Origin: Chloroflexota bacterium | GTDB taxonomy: Bacteria; Chloroflexota; UBA11872; VXOZ01 | Assembly (NCBI GenBank): GCA_963663275.1 | Contig: OY760183.1 | Coordinates: forward strand, 2,496,001 to 2,560,000 | Length of the DNA: 64,000 nucleotides | Direction of reading: 5' to 3' | In this document: positions 19,615 to 31,993 of the stretch, in pieces | How the letters are laid out: each line of letters begins with the position of its first letter | How positions within the stretch are numbered: position 1 is the stretch's first letter | Notes under the pieces: model-generated | What the model saw: the letters and a program-made list of their open reading frames with translations, nothing else | Database searches by the model: none | Told to the model about the DNA's origin: nothing | Translations under genes and position numbers: made by a program

Positions 19615-20181
19615 GTGAGCAGTTCCATCAACGTGCGCCGCTACACGCGCGGCGTGCTGAACTACGCGCAGCAGACGAATACCCTCGACCGGTGGCGGCA
19701 AGACCTGACCGTGCTGCTCACCTTGGGCGAGGATCGCGCCATCCGGCACTTCCTGGAAGACCCGCGCCTGCCGGTGGCGGAGCGCATGGCGGTTGTGAGC
19801 CGGGCGGTGGGCGACAGCGTCTCCGCCGCCGGCCAAGACCTCTTGGCCATCCTCATCGAAGACCGGGCGGTGCGGGTCCTGCCCCAGCTTGCGCGTCAAG
19901 TCCTGCGCGAAGCGGATCGCATCCAGGGCATTGTCCGCGTCCACGTGACCAGCGCCGTGCCCTTGACCGACGACCTGCGCAGCCAATTGCGGCAGTCGCT
20001 GGCCGGGGGCGGATCGTCCGCACAGCCGGCTTCGTCCCAGGCGCCGCGCACGGTTATCTTGGAAGAATCGGTAGATCCCGCAATCATCGGCGGCTTCATC
20101 CTGCGTGAAGAAGACCGCCTCTTAGACCTTAGCGTTCACGCGTCGCTCAAAGCGATGGAGGAGCAGTTGGCGCGCATTTGA
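19615..20181 (+). CDS. atpH: ATP synthase subunit delta
   Basis: RRY N-terminus, VTSAVPL, VDPAIIGG; operon position. Confidence 0.9.
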   Translation: MSSSINVRRYTRGVLNYAQQTNTLDRWRQDLTVLLTLGEDRAIRHFLEDPRLPVAERMAVVSRAVGDSVSAAGQDLLAILIEDRAVRVLPQLARQVLREADRIQGIVRVHVTSAVPLTDDLRSQLRQSLAGGGSSAQPASSQAPRTVILEESVDPAIIGGFILREEDRLLDLSVHASLKAMEEQLARI

Positions 20182-20259
20182 CGCTTCGCTCCCAGCGCGT
20201 CGTTTACCGCGCGCGCCGTCCGCGAAAGCCAGCGCGCACCGAAAGGAGAAGAGGGCCTC

Positions 20260-21792
20260 TTGAGCATCAAAACAGAAGACATCGCCTCCGCGCTGCGCCA
20301 GCAGATCGAGGCGTTCGACCGTCCCAGCGAGGCGGTTGACGTAGGCACGGTGGTGGAAGCGGGCGACGGCATTGCCCGCGTATTCGGCCTTTCCGGCGTC
20401 ATGAGCAGCGAAATCCTGGAGTTTGCCAACGGTGTCTACGGTTTGGCCCTCAACCTGGAGGAGGACACCGTCGGCGCGGTCGTCATGGGCCCTTACGAGG
20501 AAATCCGCGAGGGCGACGAGGTCCAGGGCACCGGGCGCGTCATGTCCGTGCCCATCGGGCCTGAACTGGTCGGCCGCGTGGTCAACTCGCTCGGCCAGCC
20601 GGTAGACGGCAAGGGGCCGATCAACGCCGCCGAAACCAGCGTAATCGAAAAAGTAGCGCCCGGCGTGGTTACGCGGGAGAGCGTAAACGTACCGTTGCAG
20701 ACCGGCATCAAGGCAATCGACTCCATGATTCCGATCGGCCGCGGCCAGCGCGAGTTGATCATCGGCGACCGCCAGACCGGCAAGACGGCCATTGCCCTGG
20801 ATACCATCATCAACCAGAAGGGCAAGGGCGTTACCTGCATCTACGTCGCCATCGGCCAGAAAGAGTCGGACATCGCCAACGTGATGACGATTCTCGATCG
20901 CAACGGCGCGATGGACCACACCATCATCGTCGCCGCCGGCGCCTCTGATCCCGCCGCGTTGCTCTACCTGGCGCCGTTCGCGGGCTGCACGATGGGCGAA
21001 TACTTCCGCGACAAGGGACAGGACGCGCTTGTCATCTACGACGACCTGAGCAAGCACGCCTGGGCCTACCGGCAAGTGTCGTTGCTGCTGCGGCGTCCGC
21101 CGGGCCGTGAAGCCTACCCGGGCGACGTCTTCTACCTCCACTCGCGCCTGCTGGAGCGCGCTTCCTGCCTCAACGAAAACTACGGCGGCGGCACGCTGAC
21201 CGCGCTGCCCATCATCGAAACCCAGGCCGGCGACGTCTCGGCCTACATCCCGACCAACGTCATTTCCATTACGGACGGCCAGATCTACCTGGAGCCCGAT
21301 CTCTTCTACGCCGGACAGCGCCCGGCCGTGAACGCCGGTATTTCCGTCTCCCGCGTCGGCGGCGACGCCCAGATTAAGGCGATGAAGCAGGTGGCCGGCC
21401 GTCTGCGCCTGGACATGGCGCAGTACCGCGAACTCGCCGCCTTCGCCCAAATCGGTTCAGACCTGGACCGGGTGACCCGGCAGCAATTGGAACGCGGGCA
21501 ACGGGCGATGGAAATCCTGAAGCAGGCGCAGTACGTGCCGCTCCCGGTTGAGAATCAAGTGATAACCATCGCCGCGCTCAACGCCGGTGAACTCGATGAC
21601 GTTGGCGTCGGCGACATCAGCCGCTTCGAGAGCGAGTTGCTCCAGTATATTGCCACGAGCCACCCCGAACTGACCGATGAGATCAGGGAATCCCAGTCGC
21701 TCTCGGATGAGGGCGAGGAGAAGCTGACGGCGGCCATCCAGCAGTTCAAGCGGGACGTCTTCCAGCCCAGCGCGCAAACAGGAGCAGCGTAA
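20260..21792 (+). CDS. atpA: ATP synthase subunit alpha
   Basis: [31 protein letters not shown]; TTG start with AAGGAG RBS. Confidence 0.98.
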   Translation: MSIKTEDIASALRQQIEAFDRPSEAVDVGTVVEAGDGIARVFGLSGVMSSEILEFANGVYGLALNLEEDTVGAVVMGPYEEIREGDEVQGTGRVMSVPIGPELVGRVVNSLGQPVDGKGPINAAETSVIEKVAPGVVTRESVNVPLQTGIKAIDSMIPIGRGQRELIIGDRQTGKTAIALDTIINQKGKGVTCIYVAIGQKESDIANVMTILDRNGAMDHTIIVAAGASDPAALLYLAPFAGCTMGEYFRDKGQDALVIYDDLSKHAWAYRQVSLLLRRPPGREAYPGDVFYLHSRLLERASCLNENYGGGTLTALPIIETQAGDVSAYIPTNVISITDGQIYLEPDLFYAGQRPAVNAGISVSRVGGDAQIKAMKQVAGRLRLDMAQYRELAAFAQIGSDLDRVTRQQLERGQRAMEILKQAQYVPLPVENQVITIAALNAGELDDVGVGDISRFESELLQYIATSHPELTDEIRESQSLSDEGEEKLTAAIQQFKRDVFQPSAQTGAA

Positions 21793-22674
21793 GTGCCGAG
21801 CATTCGTCAACTGCGGCGGCGCATCCGGGGAGTTCAGAACACCCGCCAGATAACGCGCGCGATGGAGCTTGTGGCCTCCAGCCGCCTGCGCCGCGCGCAG
21901 GAGCGCGTGTTGGCTTCGCGGCCCTACGCGGAGCGCATCCGGCTGGTCATCAGCAACCTTGCCGCGGTCAGCGGCGCGCGGGAACTGCATCCCTTGTTGC
22001 AGGTGCGGCCGCTCTCCCGGGCCGCCCTCATCCTGTTCACCACCAGCCGGGGACTGTGCGGCAGCCTGAACTCCAACATGGTGCGCGCCGCGGTCAGCTT
22101 TACCCTGGAACGGGGTGTGCCCGTTGACATCTTTGCCGTGGGCACGAAAGGCCCGGCGCTCTTGCGCTCGGTCGGCCTAAGCGACTCCGTCTCCGCACAG
22201 TACGAGGACCTGGGCAACTACCCCAACCTGGCCGACATTCTGCCGATCGCGCGCAGCGTGGTGGACGGGTTTACGCACGCGCAGTACGATGAAGTCTACG
22301 TGGGCTTCTCGCAATTCGTGAACCTGATGCGCCAGGAGCCGACCTTAACCCGCATCCTGCCGATCACGCCGGACGAGATTGACACCAGCGAGGCGCGGGC
22401 CTACCACCAGGTGGACTACATCTACGAGCCGGGACCGGACGACGTGCTTTCCACGCTCTTGCCCCGTTTCATAGAATCGCAAGTCTACCGCGCGCTGCTG
22501 GAGAGTATCGCCAGCGAGCATAGCGCCCGCATGATCGCGATGCGCAATGCCACGGAAAACGCGGAGGAAATCCTCAACGACCTGACCCTCACCTACAACA
22601 AGGTGCGGCAGACGGCGATTACCAACGAGGTCATCGAGATTGCCACGGCGGCGCGAGCCATTGCCGGGGCCTAG
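21793..22674 (+). CDS. atpG: ATP synthase subunit gamma
   Basis: QITRAMELVA, RGLCGSLN, ASEHSARMIAMRNATENA, RQTAITNE. Confidence 0.97.
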   Translation: MPSIRQLRRRIRGVQNTRQITRAMELVASSRLRRAQERVLASRPYAERIRLVISNLAAVSGARELHPLLQVRPLSRAALILFTTSRGLCGSLNSNMVRAAVSFTLERGVPVDIFAVGTKGPALLRSVGLSDSVSAQYEDLGNYPNLADILPIARSVVDGFTHAQYDEVYVGFSQFVNLMRQEPTLTRILPITPDEIDTSEARAYHQVDYIYEPGPDDVLSTLLPRFIESQVYRALLESIASEHSARMIAMRNATENAEEILNDLTLTYNKVRQTAITNEVIEIATAARAIAGA

Positions 22675-22691
22675 AAGATAATGGACAATAG

Positions 22692-24143
<1,452 letters not shown>

Positions 24144-24145
24144 CC

Positions 24146-24598
24146 ATGGCCGCGCTGAATGCGACAAGGGCGCTCCGCCTGGAAATCATCACCGCCGAGC
24201 GCATCGTCCTCACCGAGGACGCGGTGACGTCGGTCCAGGTTCCGGCGGCGGACGGGCGCGTGGGCATATTGCCGCGCCACGCGCCGCTGATGACGACGCT
24301 CGCCCCCGGCGAACTCATCATGCGCAAAGAAGAGGAGTCGGAGTCCTTTTTTGTGACCGGCGGTTTCCTGGAAGTGCGCAACAACCACGTAGCCGTCTTG
24401 GCGGACGCTTCCGAGCGGGCCGAGGAAATCGACGAGGCCCGCGCCGAGGAAGCGCGGCGCCGCGCCGAGGCCACGCTCAGCGAAAAGAAGGATCGGGCGC
24501 AACTGGTAGCCGCCGAGATTGCCTTGCGCCGCGCGATGATACGGTTGCGCCTGGCGCAGCAGGCCCGGCGTAGGCGCGGTTCGACTCCGGCGCGGTAG
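24146..24598 (+). CDS. atpC: ATP synthase subunit epsilon
   Basis: GILPRHAPL, GGFLEV, AERAEEID-like segment. Confidence 0.95.
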   Translation: MAALNATRALRLEIITAERIVLTEDAVTSVQVPAADGRVGILPRHAPLMTTLAPGELIMRKEEESESFFVTGGFLEVRNNHVAVLADASERAEEIDEARAEEARRRAEATLSEKKDRAQLVAAEIALRRAMIRLRLAQQARRRRGSTPAR

Positions 24599-24783
24599 TT
24601 GCGGCGCGGGCGGGCCGCAAGCGAGCGCGACCGGTGCTTGCTAAAGGGCCCGGCAGGATCGACGCAGCCGCCTTCCTTACACGCGAAAGAGGCGCTGGAC
24701 CGTCCGTCTCGCCGCCGCTTGGGCTACCGGCCCGGCGTCGCCGGACAGGCGATGAATCGAATCTTTCGCAGGAGCAGCCCCAC

Positions 24784-26100
24784 ATGCCCGACGTGGTTGG
24801 AGACGCGGCCTTGGCGCAGCGGACGCAAGCGGAGACGGCTGTCATCCATGGCGGACGGCGCCTGGCCGGTGAGGCGCGCGTGCGCGGTTCCAAGAATTGC
24901 GCGCTGCCCCTCATGGCGGCGGCTCTGCTTACCAAAGAAACCTGCGTACTCCACAACCCGCCCTTCATCCGCGACATCGAGGCCATGGCCGCCCTGCTCA
25001 CCAGCCTCGGCGCCCGTGTGGAAATGGATGAGCGGCAGCGCACGATCGCGATCACGGCGGATACGATAACTTCCACGCAAACCCCCGCCGCCATCGCCGC
25101 CAGTTTCCGCGCTTCGTTCCTCGTGACCGGCCCGCTGTTGGCCCGCGCCGGGCAGGCCTCGTCGGTGCACCCCGGCGGCTGCAAGATTGGCGAGCGGCCG
25201 GTGAACGTGGATCTGCTCGGTTTCGAGGCCATGGGCGCCGCGGTGGAGCGCCGGGAGGCGGGCTACCGCCTGGCCGCCAAGCGCCTTAGGGGCGCGCGCC
25301 TCTACCTTGACTATCCCAGCCACACCGGCACTGAAAACCTGATGCTCGCCGCCACGTTGGCCTCCGGCACGAGCGTGATCCGCCACGCTTCCGCCGAACC
25401 GGAAGTGGTCGCGCTGGCCGACTGCCTCAACCGCATGGGCGCGCGCATTGCCGGCGCCGGCACGAATACCATTGAAGTCGAAGGCGTGGACGCGCTTCAC
25501 GGCGCGGAGTGGGACGTCATTCCCGATCGCCACGAAGCGGGCAGCTTTGCCCTGGCCGGGGCGATTACCGGCGGCGAGGTGACAATCCACAACATCGAAT
25601 ACGACCACGTGGAGCCGGTCTTCTACAAGCTGGCGCAGTGTGGTGTTACTATACAAGGCACCGGGGATCCGATCACCGTGACGGCAGACCGTCCTTTGCG
25701 CCCCGTGGAGGTGCAGGCCATTCACTTTCCCGGGTTCCCCACCGACCTGCAACCCCAGATCTGCGCGCTGCTGACCCAAGCACACGGCGAAAGCGTCATC
25801 CACGAGCGGGTCTTCGAGTCGCGGTTCAACTACGTGGAAGAGTTGCGCAAACTGGGCGCCGACGTGCGCGTCGCCGGTGAGAAAGCCTACGTGCGCGGGC
25901 CCGCCCCTTTGCGCGGGGCCGAGGTGCGCGCCCTGGACATTCGCTCGGGCGTCGCGCTGCTGCTGGCCGGCTTGGCCGCGGAAGGCACGTCCCGCGTAAC
26001 GGGCATGCATCACGTCTTTCGCGGCTATGAGTCGCTGCCGGAAGACCTCATCAGCCTGGGCGCGCACGTGACGATCGTGCGTGAAGATCACGCGGAATAG
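24784..26100 (+). CDS. murA: UDP-N-acetylglucosamine 1-carboxyvinyltransferase
   Basis: [24 protein letters not shown] (active-site Cys), [13 protein letters not shown]; start uncertain. Confidence 0.93.
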   Translation: MPDVVGDAALAQRTQAETAVIHGGRRLAGEARVRGSKNCALPLMAAALLTKETCVLHNPPFIRDIEAMAALLTSLGARVEMDERQRTIAITADTITSTQTPAAIAASFRASFLVTGPLLARAGQASSVHPGGCKIGERPVNVDLLGFEAMGAAVERREAGYRLAAKRLRGARLYLDYPSHTGTENLMLAATLASGTSVIRHASAEPEVVALADCLNRMGARIAGAGTNTIEVEGVDALHGAEWDVIPDRHEAGSFALAGAITGGEVTIHNIEYDHVEPVFYKLAQCGVTIQGTGDPITVTADRPLRPVEVQAIHFPGFPTDLQPQICALLTQAHGESVIHERVFESRFNYVEELRKLGADVRVAGEKAYVRGPAPLRGAEVRALDIRSGVALLLAGLAAEGTSRVTGMHHVFRGYESLPEDLISLGAHVTIVREDHAE

Positions 26101-26108
26101 CTTGGTTC

Positions 26109-27119
26109 ATGTTTGGCACACAACAAATCGGCATCGATCTGGGAACGGCCAACGTGCTGGTGTACGTGCCGGGAAGGGGCATCGCCGTTAACGGCCCCTC
26201 AGTCGTTGCCGTTTCGACCGAAGACAACCACGTGGAAACTATCGGCGATGAAGCGCGCCAGATGATCGGCCGCGCGCCGGACAACATCGCGGTTGTGCGC
26301 CCCATGCGAGAGGGTGTTATCGCCAATTACGTCGTAACCCAGGAGATGATCCGCCACCTCATCCGGCGTGTCTGCGGGCGGGTGCGCTTCTTCAAACCGG
26401 ACGTGATGATTTCCGTGCCTACCGGGGTGACGAGCGTGGAACGGCGGGCCGTGCACGACGCCGTAGTCGCGGCCGGCGCCGGCAATGCCTACCTCATCCA
26501 GGAGCCGCTGGCCGCCGCCCTGGGCGCGAATTTGCCTATCTCCTCGGCCAGCGGCAGCATGATCGTGAACATCGGCGGAGGCACTACGGAAGTTGCGGTG
26601 CTGTCGCTGAACGCAATTGTGGTCTGCAATTCGGTGCGCGTAGGCGGCAGCCGGATCGATACGACTATTTTTAATTATGTCAAGCGGCACTACAACCTCC
26701 TGATTGGTGAGGGCACCGCTGAAGAGGTCAAGATTTCCATCGGCAGCGCGCTTCCTTTGGAGCCGCCCCTGTCGCTGGAAGTGCGCGGCAGAGACCAGGT
26801 GGCGGGACTCCCCCGCACCATTACGATCACGTCCGACGAGATTACGGAAGCGATACAAGAAACCGTCGGCATCATCGTCAAGTGCGTGCGCGACGTGCTG
26901 GAAAAGACGCCGCCGGAACTTGCTTCCGACATCATCGACCGGGGTATCGTGATGACCGGCGGCGGCGCTCTGCTGCGGAACCTTGACGGACTGCTGACGC
27001 AGGAGACCGGCATTCCCTGCTACGTCGCCGACAATCCCCTGGTCTGCGTCGCGCTCGGTACCGGCGCGGCGTTGCAATACTTCGATACGCTGAAGCGCAA
27101 CCTGGTCACCACCCGCTAG
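26109..27119 (+). CDS. mreB: Rod shape-determining protein MreB/Mbl
   Basis: [44 protein letters not shown]. Confidence 0.93.
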   Translation: MFGTQQIGIDLGTANVLVYVPGRGIAVNGPSVVAVSTEDNHVETIGDEARQMIGRAPDNIAVVRPMREGVIANYVVTQEMIRHLIRRVCGRVRFFKPDVMISVPTGVTSVERRAVHDAVVAAGAGNAYLIQEPLAAALGANLPISSASGSMIVNIGGGTTEVAVLSLNAIVVCNSVRVGGSRIDTTIFNYVKRHYNLLIGEGTAEEVKISIGSALPLEPPLSLEVRGRDQVAGLPRTITITSDEITEAIQETVGIIVKCVRDVLEKTPPELASDIIDRGIVMTGGGALLRNLDGLLTQETGIPCYVADNPLVCVALGTGAALQYFDTLKRNLVTTR

Positions 27120-27429
27120 CAATTCCCCTGTCGCGCGGATCACTGGAGAGATTCTACAAAACCGCCCGGTCGTCTGCCTGCCGCGCCACGCCTCCTTTGT
27201 CCGCCATTCTGCCGTAGCCCGGGGGCTCGTCCCCCGCCTCCTGGCGCGCCGTGCGAAACGCCACTCCGGGCACGTCGTTTAGGTGTGCGGCAAAGGAATG
27301 CTATAATGAACGTACTTGTCCGGCCTCGCGCGCATGGGGCGGCGGCGCTCGGCCCGGTTTTCAATGCCGGCGGGCGCGTTCGGTTGAAGAGACCGCTGCG
27401 GCGGCGCGGTGACTGAAGGAGGGAACGGC

Positions 27430-28182
27430 ATGGCAGGACATTCCAAGTGGGCGAATATCAAGCGCCAGAAAGCGGCCAATGACGCCAAGCGCGGTCAACT
27501 CTACACCAAGCTGGGACGCGAGATTACCGTGGCCGCCCGGGACGGCGGCGCCGATACGGAGACGAACTTTCGCTTGCGCCTGGCCGTGCAGCGCGCCAAA
27601 GACGCCAACATGCCGGCCGACACCATCGAGCGCGCCGTCAAGCGCGGCAGCGGCGAACTCGATGATTCTGTGCGGCTGGAAGACATGGTCTACGAAGGCT
27701 ACGGTCCCGGCGGCGCGGCGCTCTTCATCGAGGCGCTCACGGACAACCGCAATCGCACCGTGGCCGAACTGCGCAACGTCCTGACACGGGGCGGCGGCAA
27801 CCTGGGCGAGTCCGGCAGCGTCGCCTGGATGTTCGATACCCGCGGGCAGGTGCTCATCGACCTCAACGGCAGCGACCCGGACGAGGTGATGCTGGAATCC
27901 ATCGAACTCGGCGCGGAGGACGTCCAAGAGGAAGAGGGCACGCTCGTCATTCTCACCCTGCTGGAGCAGCTTGAAGCTATGCGGCGCGGCATGGAAGAGC
28001 GGGGCTATACCGTGGAAAGCGCCGAACTCACCCGCGTTCCCAAGACCATGTCGGAGCCTGAAACCGCCAAAGCGGCGCAGGCGATGCGCCTGATCGAAAG
28101 CGTGGAAGACCTGGACGACGTGCAGAAGGTCTACACAAACCTGGAACTCACCGACGAGATGCTGGCCGCGTACGTGGGCTAG
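27430..28182 (+). CDS. yebC: YebC/PmpR family protein
   Basis: MAGHSKWANIKRQK, YEGYGPGG, TDNRNRT, DLDDVQKVYTN. Confidence 0.96.
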   Translation: MAGHSKWANIKRQKAANDAKRGQLYTKLGREITVAARDGGADTETNFRLRLAVQRAKDANMPADTIERAVKRGSGELDDSVRLEDMVYEGYGPGGAALFIEALTDNRNRTVAELRNVLTRGGGNLGESGSVAWMFDTRGQVLIDLNGSDPDEVMLESIELGAEDVQEEEGTLVILTLLEQLEAMRRGMEERGYTVESAELTRVPKTMSEPETAKAAQAMRLIESVEDLDDVQKVYTNLELTDEMLAAYVG

Positions 28183-28230
28183 CGCCCTTTCGAGTGATTG
28201 GCGACTACCTTCGTAAACCACAGTCTACCG

Positions 28231-28421
28231 CCCTGTCAGGATGTGTGCTTCTGCCCTATCAAGACGGAGGCGCGTACCCGTTCAAGACACAAATAGTACG
28301 CTTTCAAGACACAGTTAGTACCCGTTCAGGACACAGGCTGGTACCTTTTCAGGACACAGGCTGGTACCCGTTCAAGACACAGGCTGATACCTTTTCAAAA
28401 CACATGCTAGTACCCTTTCAG
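28231..28421. repeat. Degenerate tandem array of ~8.5 units of 22-23 bp (consensus CCCKTTCARGACACAGGCTRGTA)
   Basis: Read directly, e.g. cccgttcaggacacaggctggta / ccttttcaggacacaggctggta / cccgttcaagacacaggctgata. Confidence 0.9.
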
Positions 28422-28455
28422 AGTTGATTCTCCGCTTGGATGGCTCTGCTCTTGT

Positions 28456-28489
28456 CCCCTCTCCCTGAGGGAGAGGGCTAGGGTGAGGG
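28456..28489. repeat. Dispersed palindromic repeat CCCTCTCCC-N-GGGAGAGGG-N-GGGTGAGGG
   Basis: Other copies at 31849-31880 and 42703-42734. Confidence 0.8.
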
Positions 28490-28542
28490 CAATAACACCG
28501 CTCCCCTCCGGTCAATCTCGACAAACCGAACAGGACTTCCAC

Positions 28543-29034
28543 ATGCGCATCCTCGGCATCGATCCCGGCACCGCCAGACTGGGTTACGGCATCATCGAAG
28601 ACACGCCGGACCTCTCCCTGGTGGCTTTCGGCTGTCTCACGACCCCTGCCAAGCAGAGCCAGCCGAGCCGCTTGCAGTCGCTCTACGAGGAACTTGATGA
28701 CATCTTCCGCGCGGAAGCGCCCGATGAGGTGGCGGTGGAACGGCTCTTCTTCAACCAGAACATCACCACCGCGTTTGCCGTGGGTGAAGCGCGGGGCGTG
28801 GTGCTCCTGCGCGCCGCCCAGGCCGGCTGTCCCGTGAGCGACTACACGCCGCTGCAAATCAAGCAGACGCTGGTGGGGTACGGGCGGGCCGACAAGCGCC
28901 AGGTGCAGACCATGGTGGCCATGGCGCTGGCCCTGCCGCAGCCGCCCACGCCGGACGACGCCGCCGACGCGCTTGCCGTCGCCATCTGCCACGCGCACGC
29001 GCGCACCGCCCGGCAACTCCTCGCGCAGACATGA
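28543..29034 (+). CDS. ruvC: Crossover junction endodeoxyribonuclease RuvC
   Basis: ILGIDPG, VAVERLFF, EARGV, YTPLQIK, DDAADALAVAICH. Confidence 0.96.
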   Translation: MRILGIDPGTARLGYGIIEDTPDLSLVAFGCLTTPAKQSQPSRLQSLYEELDDIFRAEAPDEVAVERLFFNQNITTAFAVGEARGVVLLRAAQAGCPVSDYTPLQIKQTLVGYGRADKRQVQTMVAMALALPQPPTPDDAADALAVAICHAHARTARQLLAQT

Positions 29035-29612
29035 TAGCCTTCATTCGCGGCCAACTTGCCAGCACCGACACGGAATCCGTTACAATTCGCGTGGGCGGCA
29101 GCGACGATGCCGGCGGCATCGGACTGCGCGCGCTCGTTCCCAGCAACGTCATCCAGGAAATCGGCGCGGTGGGCGACAGCGTCACTCTGGTGACGAGACT
29201 GCTGGTGCGCGACGATCGGCTGGACCTCTACGGCTTTGCCACCGAACGCCAGGCGGCGCTCTTCGACCAGGTGCAGACCGTGGGCGGCGTCGGGCCGCGC
29301 CTGGCCCTGGCAATTCTCTCGGCGTTCACGCCCGACCAGTTCGCCGCGGCGCTGGAAAATGAAGACGTGGGACAACTCACCCGCGTGAGCGGGCTGGGCA
29401 AGCGGACGGCAAGCCGCATTCTGCTGGAACTTCGCGGCAAGCTGACGCCGCCGCCCGACGCGGCCACCGCTCCCGACGAGACCGCGGACGCGCTGGCGGC
29501 GTTGGGCTACTCCGCCGCCGAGATTGCCCGTGTTCTCGCCCGTCCGGAGGTACAGGCCGCCGCTTCGGTGGAAGAGCGCGTTGCCGCCGCCCTGCGCCGG
29601 CTTGGCAGCTAA
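29031..29612 (+). CDS. ruvA: Holliday junction branch migration protein RuvA
   Basis: MIAFIRG, LYGF, VGGVGPRLA, VSGLGKRTA, ALAALGY. Confidence 0.95.
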   Translation: MIAFIRGQLASTDTESVTIRVGGSDDAGGIGLRALVPSNVIQEIGAVGDSVTLVTRLLVRDDRLDLYGFATERQAALFDQVQTVGGVGPRLALAILSAFTPDQFAAALENEDVGQLTRVSGLGKRTASRILLELRGKLTPPPDAATAPDETADALAALGYSAAEIARVLARPEVQAAASVEERVAAALRRLGS

Positions 29613-29880
29613 GCACGTGGGCCCACACTAGCCAGTGCGCTCGGATTAGCAGATGCGTCCTGATTGGCAAGTGCGTCCAAGTTAGCAAGTGCGTCCAAGT
29701 TAGCAAGCGCGCCCAGACTAGCACTTGCGTCCAAGCTAGCAGGTGCGTCCAGGTAAGTAAATGCGCGCAGACTAGCAAGTGCGCCAAGATTAGCACATGC
29801 GTCCAGATTAGCAAGCGAGTCCAGTTTAGCAAGAGCGCCCAGACTTGCAGGCGCGTTCAGCTTTGCAAGTGCGCCCAGAG
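29611..29880. repeat. Tandem array of 15 degenerate 18-bp units (consensus TAGCAAGTGCGTCCAGAY) with no indels, between ruvA and ruvB
   Basis: Parsed unit by unit starting within the ruvA stop codon; exact 18-bp register over 270 bp. Confidence 0.93.
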
Positions 29881-29900
29881 GTACTGTCTTGCGGCATCAG

Positions 29901-29927
29901 CCGTTCGCCCTGAGCCTGTCGAAGGGC
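29901..29927. repeat. Dispersed repeat CCGTTCGCCCTGAGCCTGTCGAAGGG
   Basis: Same family at 39837-40044 (5 copies) and 57975-57999. Confidence 0.85.
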
Positions 29928-29998
29928 AGTTCATGGTTTGAGAGCGCCGCCGCAAGCGCCTTGAACGGACTTCAAACACAATCGGAAAGAAAGACCCC

Positions 29999-31030
29999 AT
30001 GAGCGAAACCCGCATCGTGGCCCCGGAAGAAGAGCCGGAAGACAGTCAAGCGGCGCAAACGCTCCGGCCCCGCTCGCTGGAGGAGTGCATCGGCCAGGAC
30101 AAGGTGCGGGAGCACTTGCGCATCGCGATCACCGCCGCGCAGCAGCGCCAAGAGCCGCTGGACCATACTCTCTTCCACGGCCCGCCCGGATTGGGCAAGA
30201 CCACTTTTGCCAACGTGCTCGCCACGGAGATGGGGGTCAACATCAAGGTCACGGCCGGCCCGGCCATCGAGCGGCCGGGCGACCTGGCCGCTATCCTCTC
30301 CAACGTCCGCGCCCACGACATCCTCTTCATCGACGAGGTGCACCGCCTCCACCGCGCCGTAGAGGAAATCCTCTATCCGGCCATGGAGGACTTTGCCCTG
30401 GACATCGTGATGGGCAAGGGTCTGGCGGCACGCAGCATCCGGCTCTCGCTGCCCCAGTTTACGTTGATTGGCGCCACCACCCGGCTCGCGCTCGTCAGTT
30501 CACCGCTGCGGGACCGCTTTGGCGCGCACTTCCACATGGAGTACTATGACCTGGAGGCCATGCGCCGCATCGTGGAGCGTTCCGCCCGGATTCTGGGCGT
30601 GCGCATCGACGCGGCGGGCATCCGGGAGATCGCGCAACGCTCGCGGGGCACGCCGCGCATCACCAATCGCCTGCTGCGCCGCATCCGCGACTGGGCCCAG
30701 GTGAAAGGCGACGGACGCATCACCGCCGTCCTTGCCGGGGAGTGCCTGGAAAGCCTGGAAATCGACGGCCTGGGACTGGATGCCGTGGACCGCACGATTC
30801 TCCTGACGATCGCGGAGAAATTCGGCGGCGGTCCCGTGGGCATCGATACGCTCGCTGCCGCCATCGGCGATGAGGCGCAGACGATCGAGGACGTCTACGA
30901 GCCGTACTTGATGCAACTTGGCTTTCTGGCCAAGACCCCGCGCGGACGAGTCGTGCTCAACGCGGCGTACGAGCACCTGGGGCTGGCCAACGCTGAAGAC
31001 GCCGACGACCAGCCGCGCCTCTTCGAGTAG
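29999..31030 (+). CDS. ruvB: Holliday junction branch migration helicase RuvB
   Basis: [42 protein letters not shown]. Confidence 0.97.
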   Translation: MSETRIVAPEEEPEDSQAAQTLRPRSLEECIGQDKVREHLRIAITAAQQRQEPLDHTLFHGPPGLGKTTFANVLATEMGVNIKVTAGPAIERPGDLAAILSNVRAHDILFIDEVHRLHRAVEEILYPAMEDFALDIVMGKGLAARSIRLSLPQFTLIGATTRLALVSSPLRDRFGAHFHMEYYDLEAMRRIVERSARILGVRIDAAGIREIAQRSRGTPRITNRLLRRIRDWAQVKGDGRITAVLAGECLESLEIDGLGLDAVDRTILLTIAEKFGGGPVGIDTLAAAIGDEAQTIEDVYEPYLMQLGFLAKTPRGRVVLNAAYEHLGLANAEDADDQPRLFE

Positions 31031-31072
31031 TATTGGTAAGGTGTGCCAAAAGACGCCTGAGAGAGAAGGCGC

Positions 31073-31705
31073 ATGAACAGAGTGTCCGCTCTGCCGCAAC
31101 GCACCGTGCGCGACTCCATGCGCTGGATCGGTTGGGACGTGCCGCTGCGCCTGCTGCCGTTCGCGGCCGTGGCCTGCATTTGGGCCTACGCGCTGGCCGA
31201 CGGCGCGGAGACGCTCAAGCTCACCTGGCGCGTTACAGGCAGCGACCTTGCCCTCATGGTGGGCGCGGGCGTCCCCGTATTCGCCGCGTGCACGCTCTTT
31301 CGCTCGCGCTACTGGCCCATCCGGGACGTGGCCTCTCCCCGCGCGCACCTGGTGGAGGACGGCTACTTTCTGCTTTTCAACGCCCCGGCGGAGGAACTCT
31401 TCTTTCGCGGCATGCTCCAGTCCTGGGCCATGAGCGTCGGTTTCGTGCCGCCCCTGGCGGGGTTCGCGGGGGTTGCGCTGCTCTTCGGTTTCTACCACCG
31501 GCTGGCCGGCTTTACACTGCCCTTCCTGCTGCTCGCCACCGGGGGCGGCGTGCTGTTCGGCGCGCTCTTCTACGTCTCGAGCTCTATTCTCACGCCGATC
31601 ATCGTCCACTTCATTGCCGACCTCGCGCTCTTCAATCTGGGCCCCGCCCTGCTCGTACGGTTTCGGGGGAATCCCTCCCGCACGGCACCGGCGGCTTCCG
31701 TTTGA
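31073..31705 (+). CDS. CPBP (CAAX/Abi) family intramembrane metalloprotease
   Basis: EELFFRG, LFGFYH, PIIVHF motifs. Confidence 0.85.
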   Translation: MNRVSALPQRTVRDSMRWIGWDVPLRLLPFAAVACIWAYALADGAETLKLTWRVTGSDLALMVGAGVPVFAACTLFRSRYWPIRDVASPRAHLVEDGYFLLFNAPAEELFFRGMLQSWAMSVGFVPPLAGFAGVALLFGFYHRLAGFTLPFLLLATGGGVLFGALFYVSSSILTPIIVHFIADLALFNLGPALLVRFRGNPSRTAPAASV

Positions 31706-31848
31706 CAGTTTCTTGCGCCGCTCCCTAAACTAAGGATGACGCGAATCGTCGAAGCGCCTCACGGCTGGGCTTCCCTGCAATCGAGCGCATTGCACAGCCA
31801 CCGTCAGCTTGGCACCTTGAATGTCGCGCTGAAAAGAACGCAAAGACT

Positions 31849-31880
31849 CCCTCTCCCTGGGGAGAGGGCCGGGGTGAGGG
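31849..31880. repeat. Dispersed palindromic repeat CCCTCTCCC...GGGAGAGGG...GGGTGAGGG
   Basis: Copy of the 28456 element. Confidence 0.8.
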
Positions 31881-31993
31881 GGGAGTCTTTACCGTTCCAG
31901 CCGATTTCCCGCGCGCCCGCCACAGCGAGGCAGAAGCGCCTAAGTGAGTGAGAAGCGCAGAGAACAGACACGTACACCCGGAGTACAATCTAC

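Noticed and set aside
29377-29832. 151-aa WTHLL-repeat ORF as a real gene
   Set aside because: By-product of the 18-bp array, with a weak start and 236-nt antisense overlap with ruvA; kept only as a hypothesis in the findings.
28231-29880. CRISPR array interpretation of the repeats around ruvC/ruvA
   Set aside because: Units are head-to-tail and degenerate, with no unique spacers and no cas genes; ruvC here is the ordinary Holliday-junction resolvase in a yebC-ruvCAB context.
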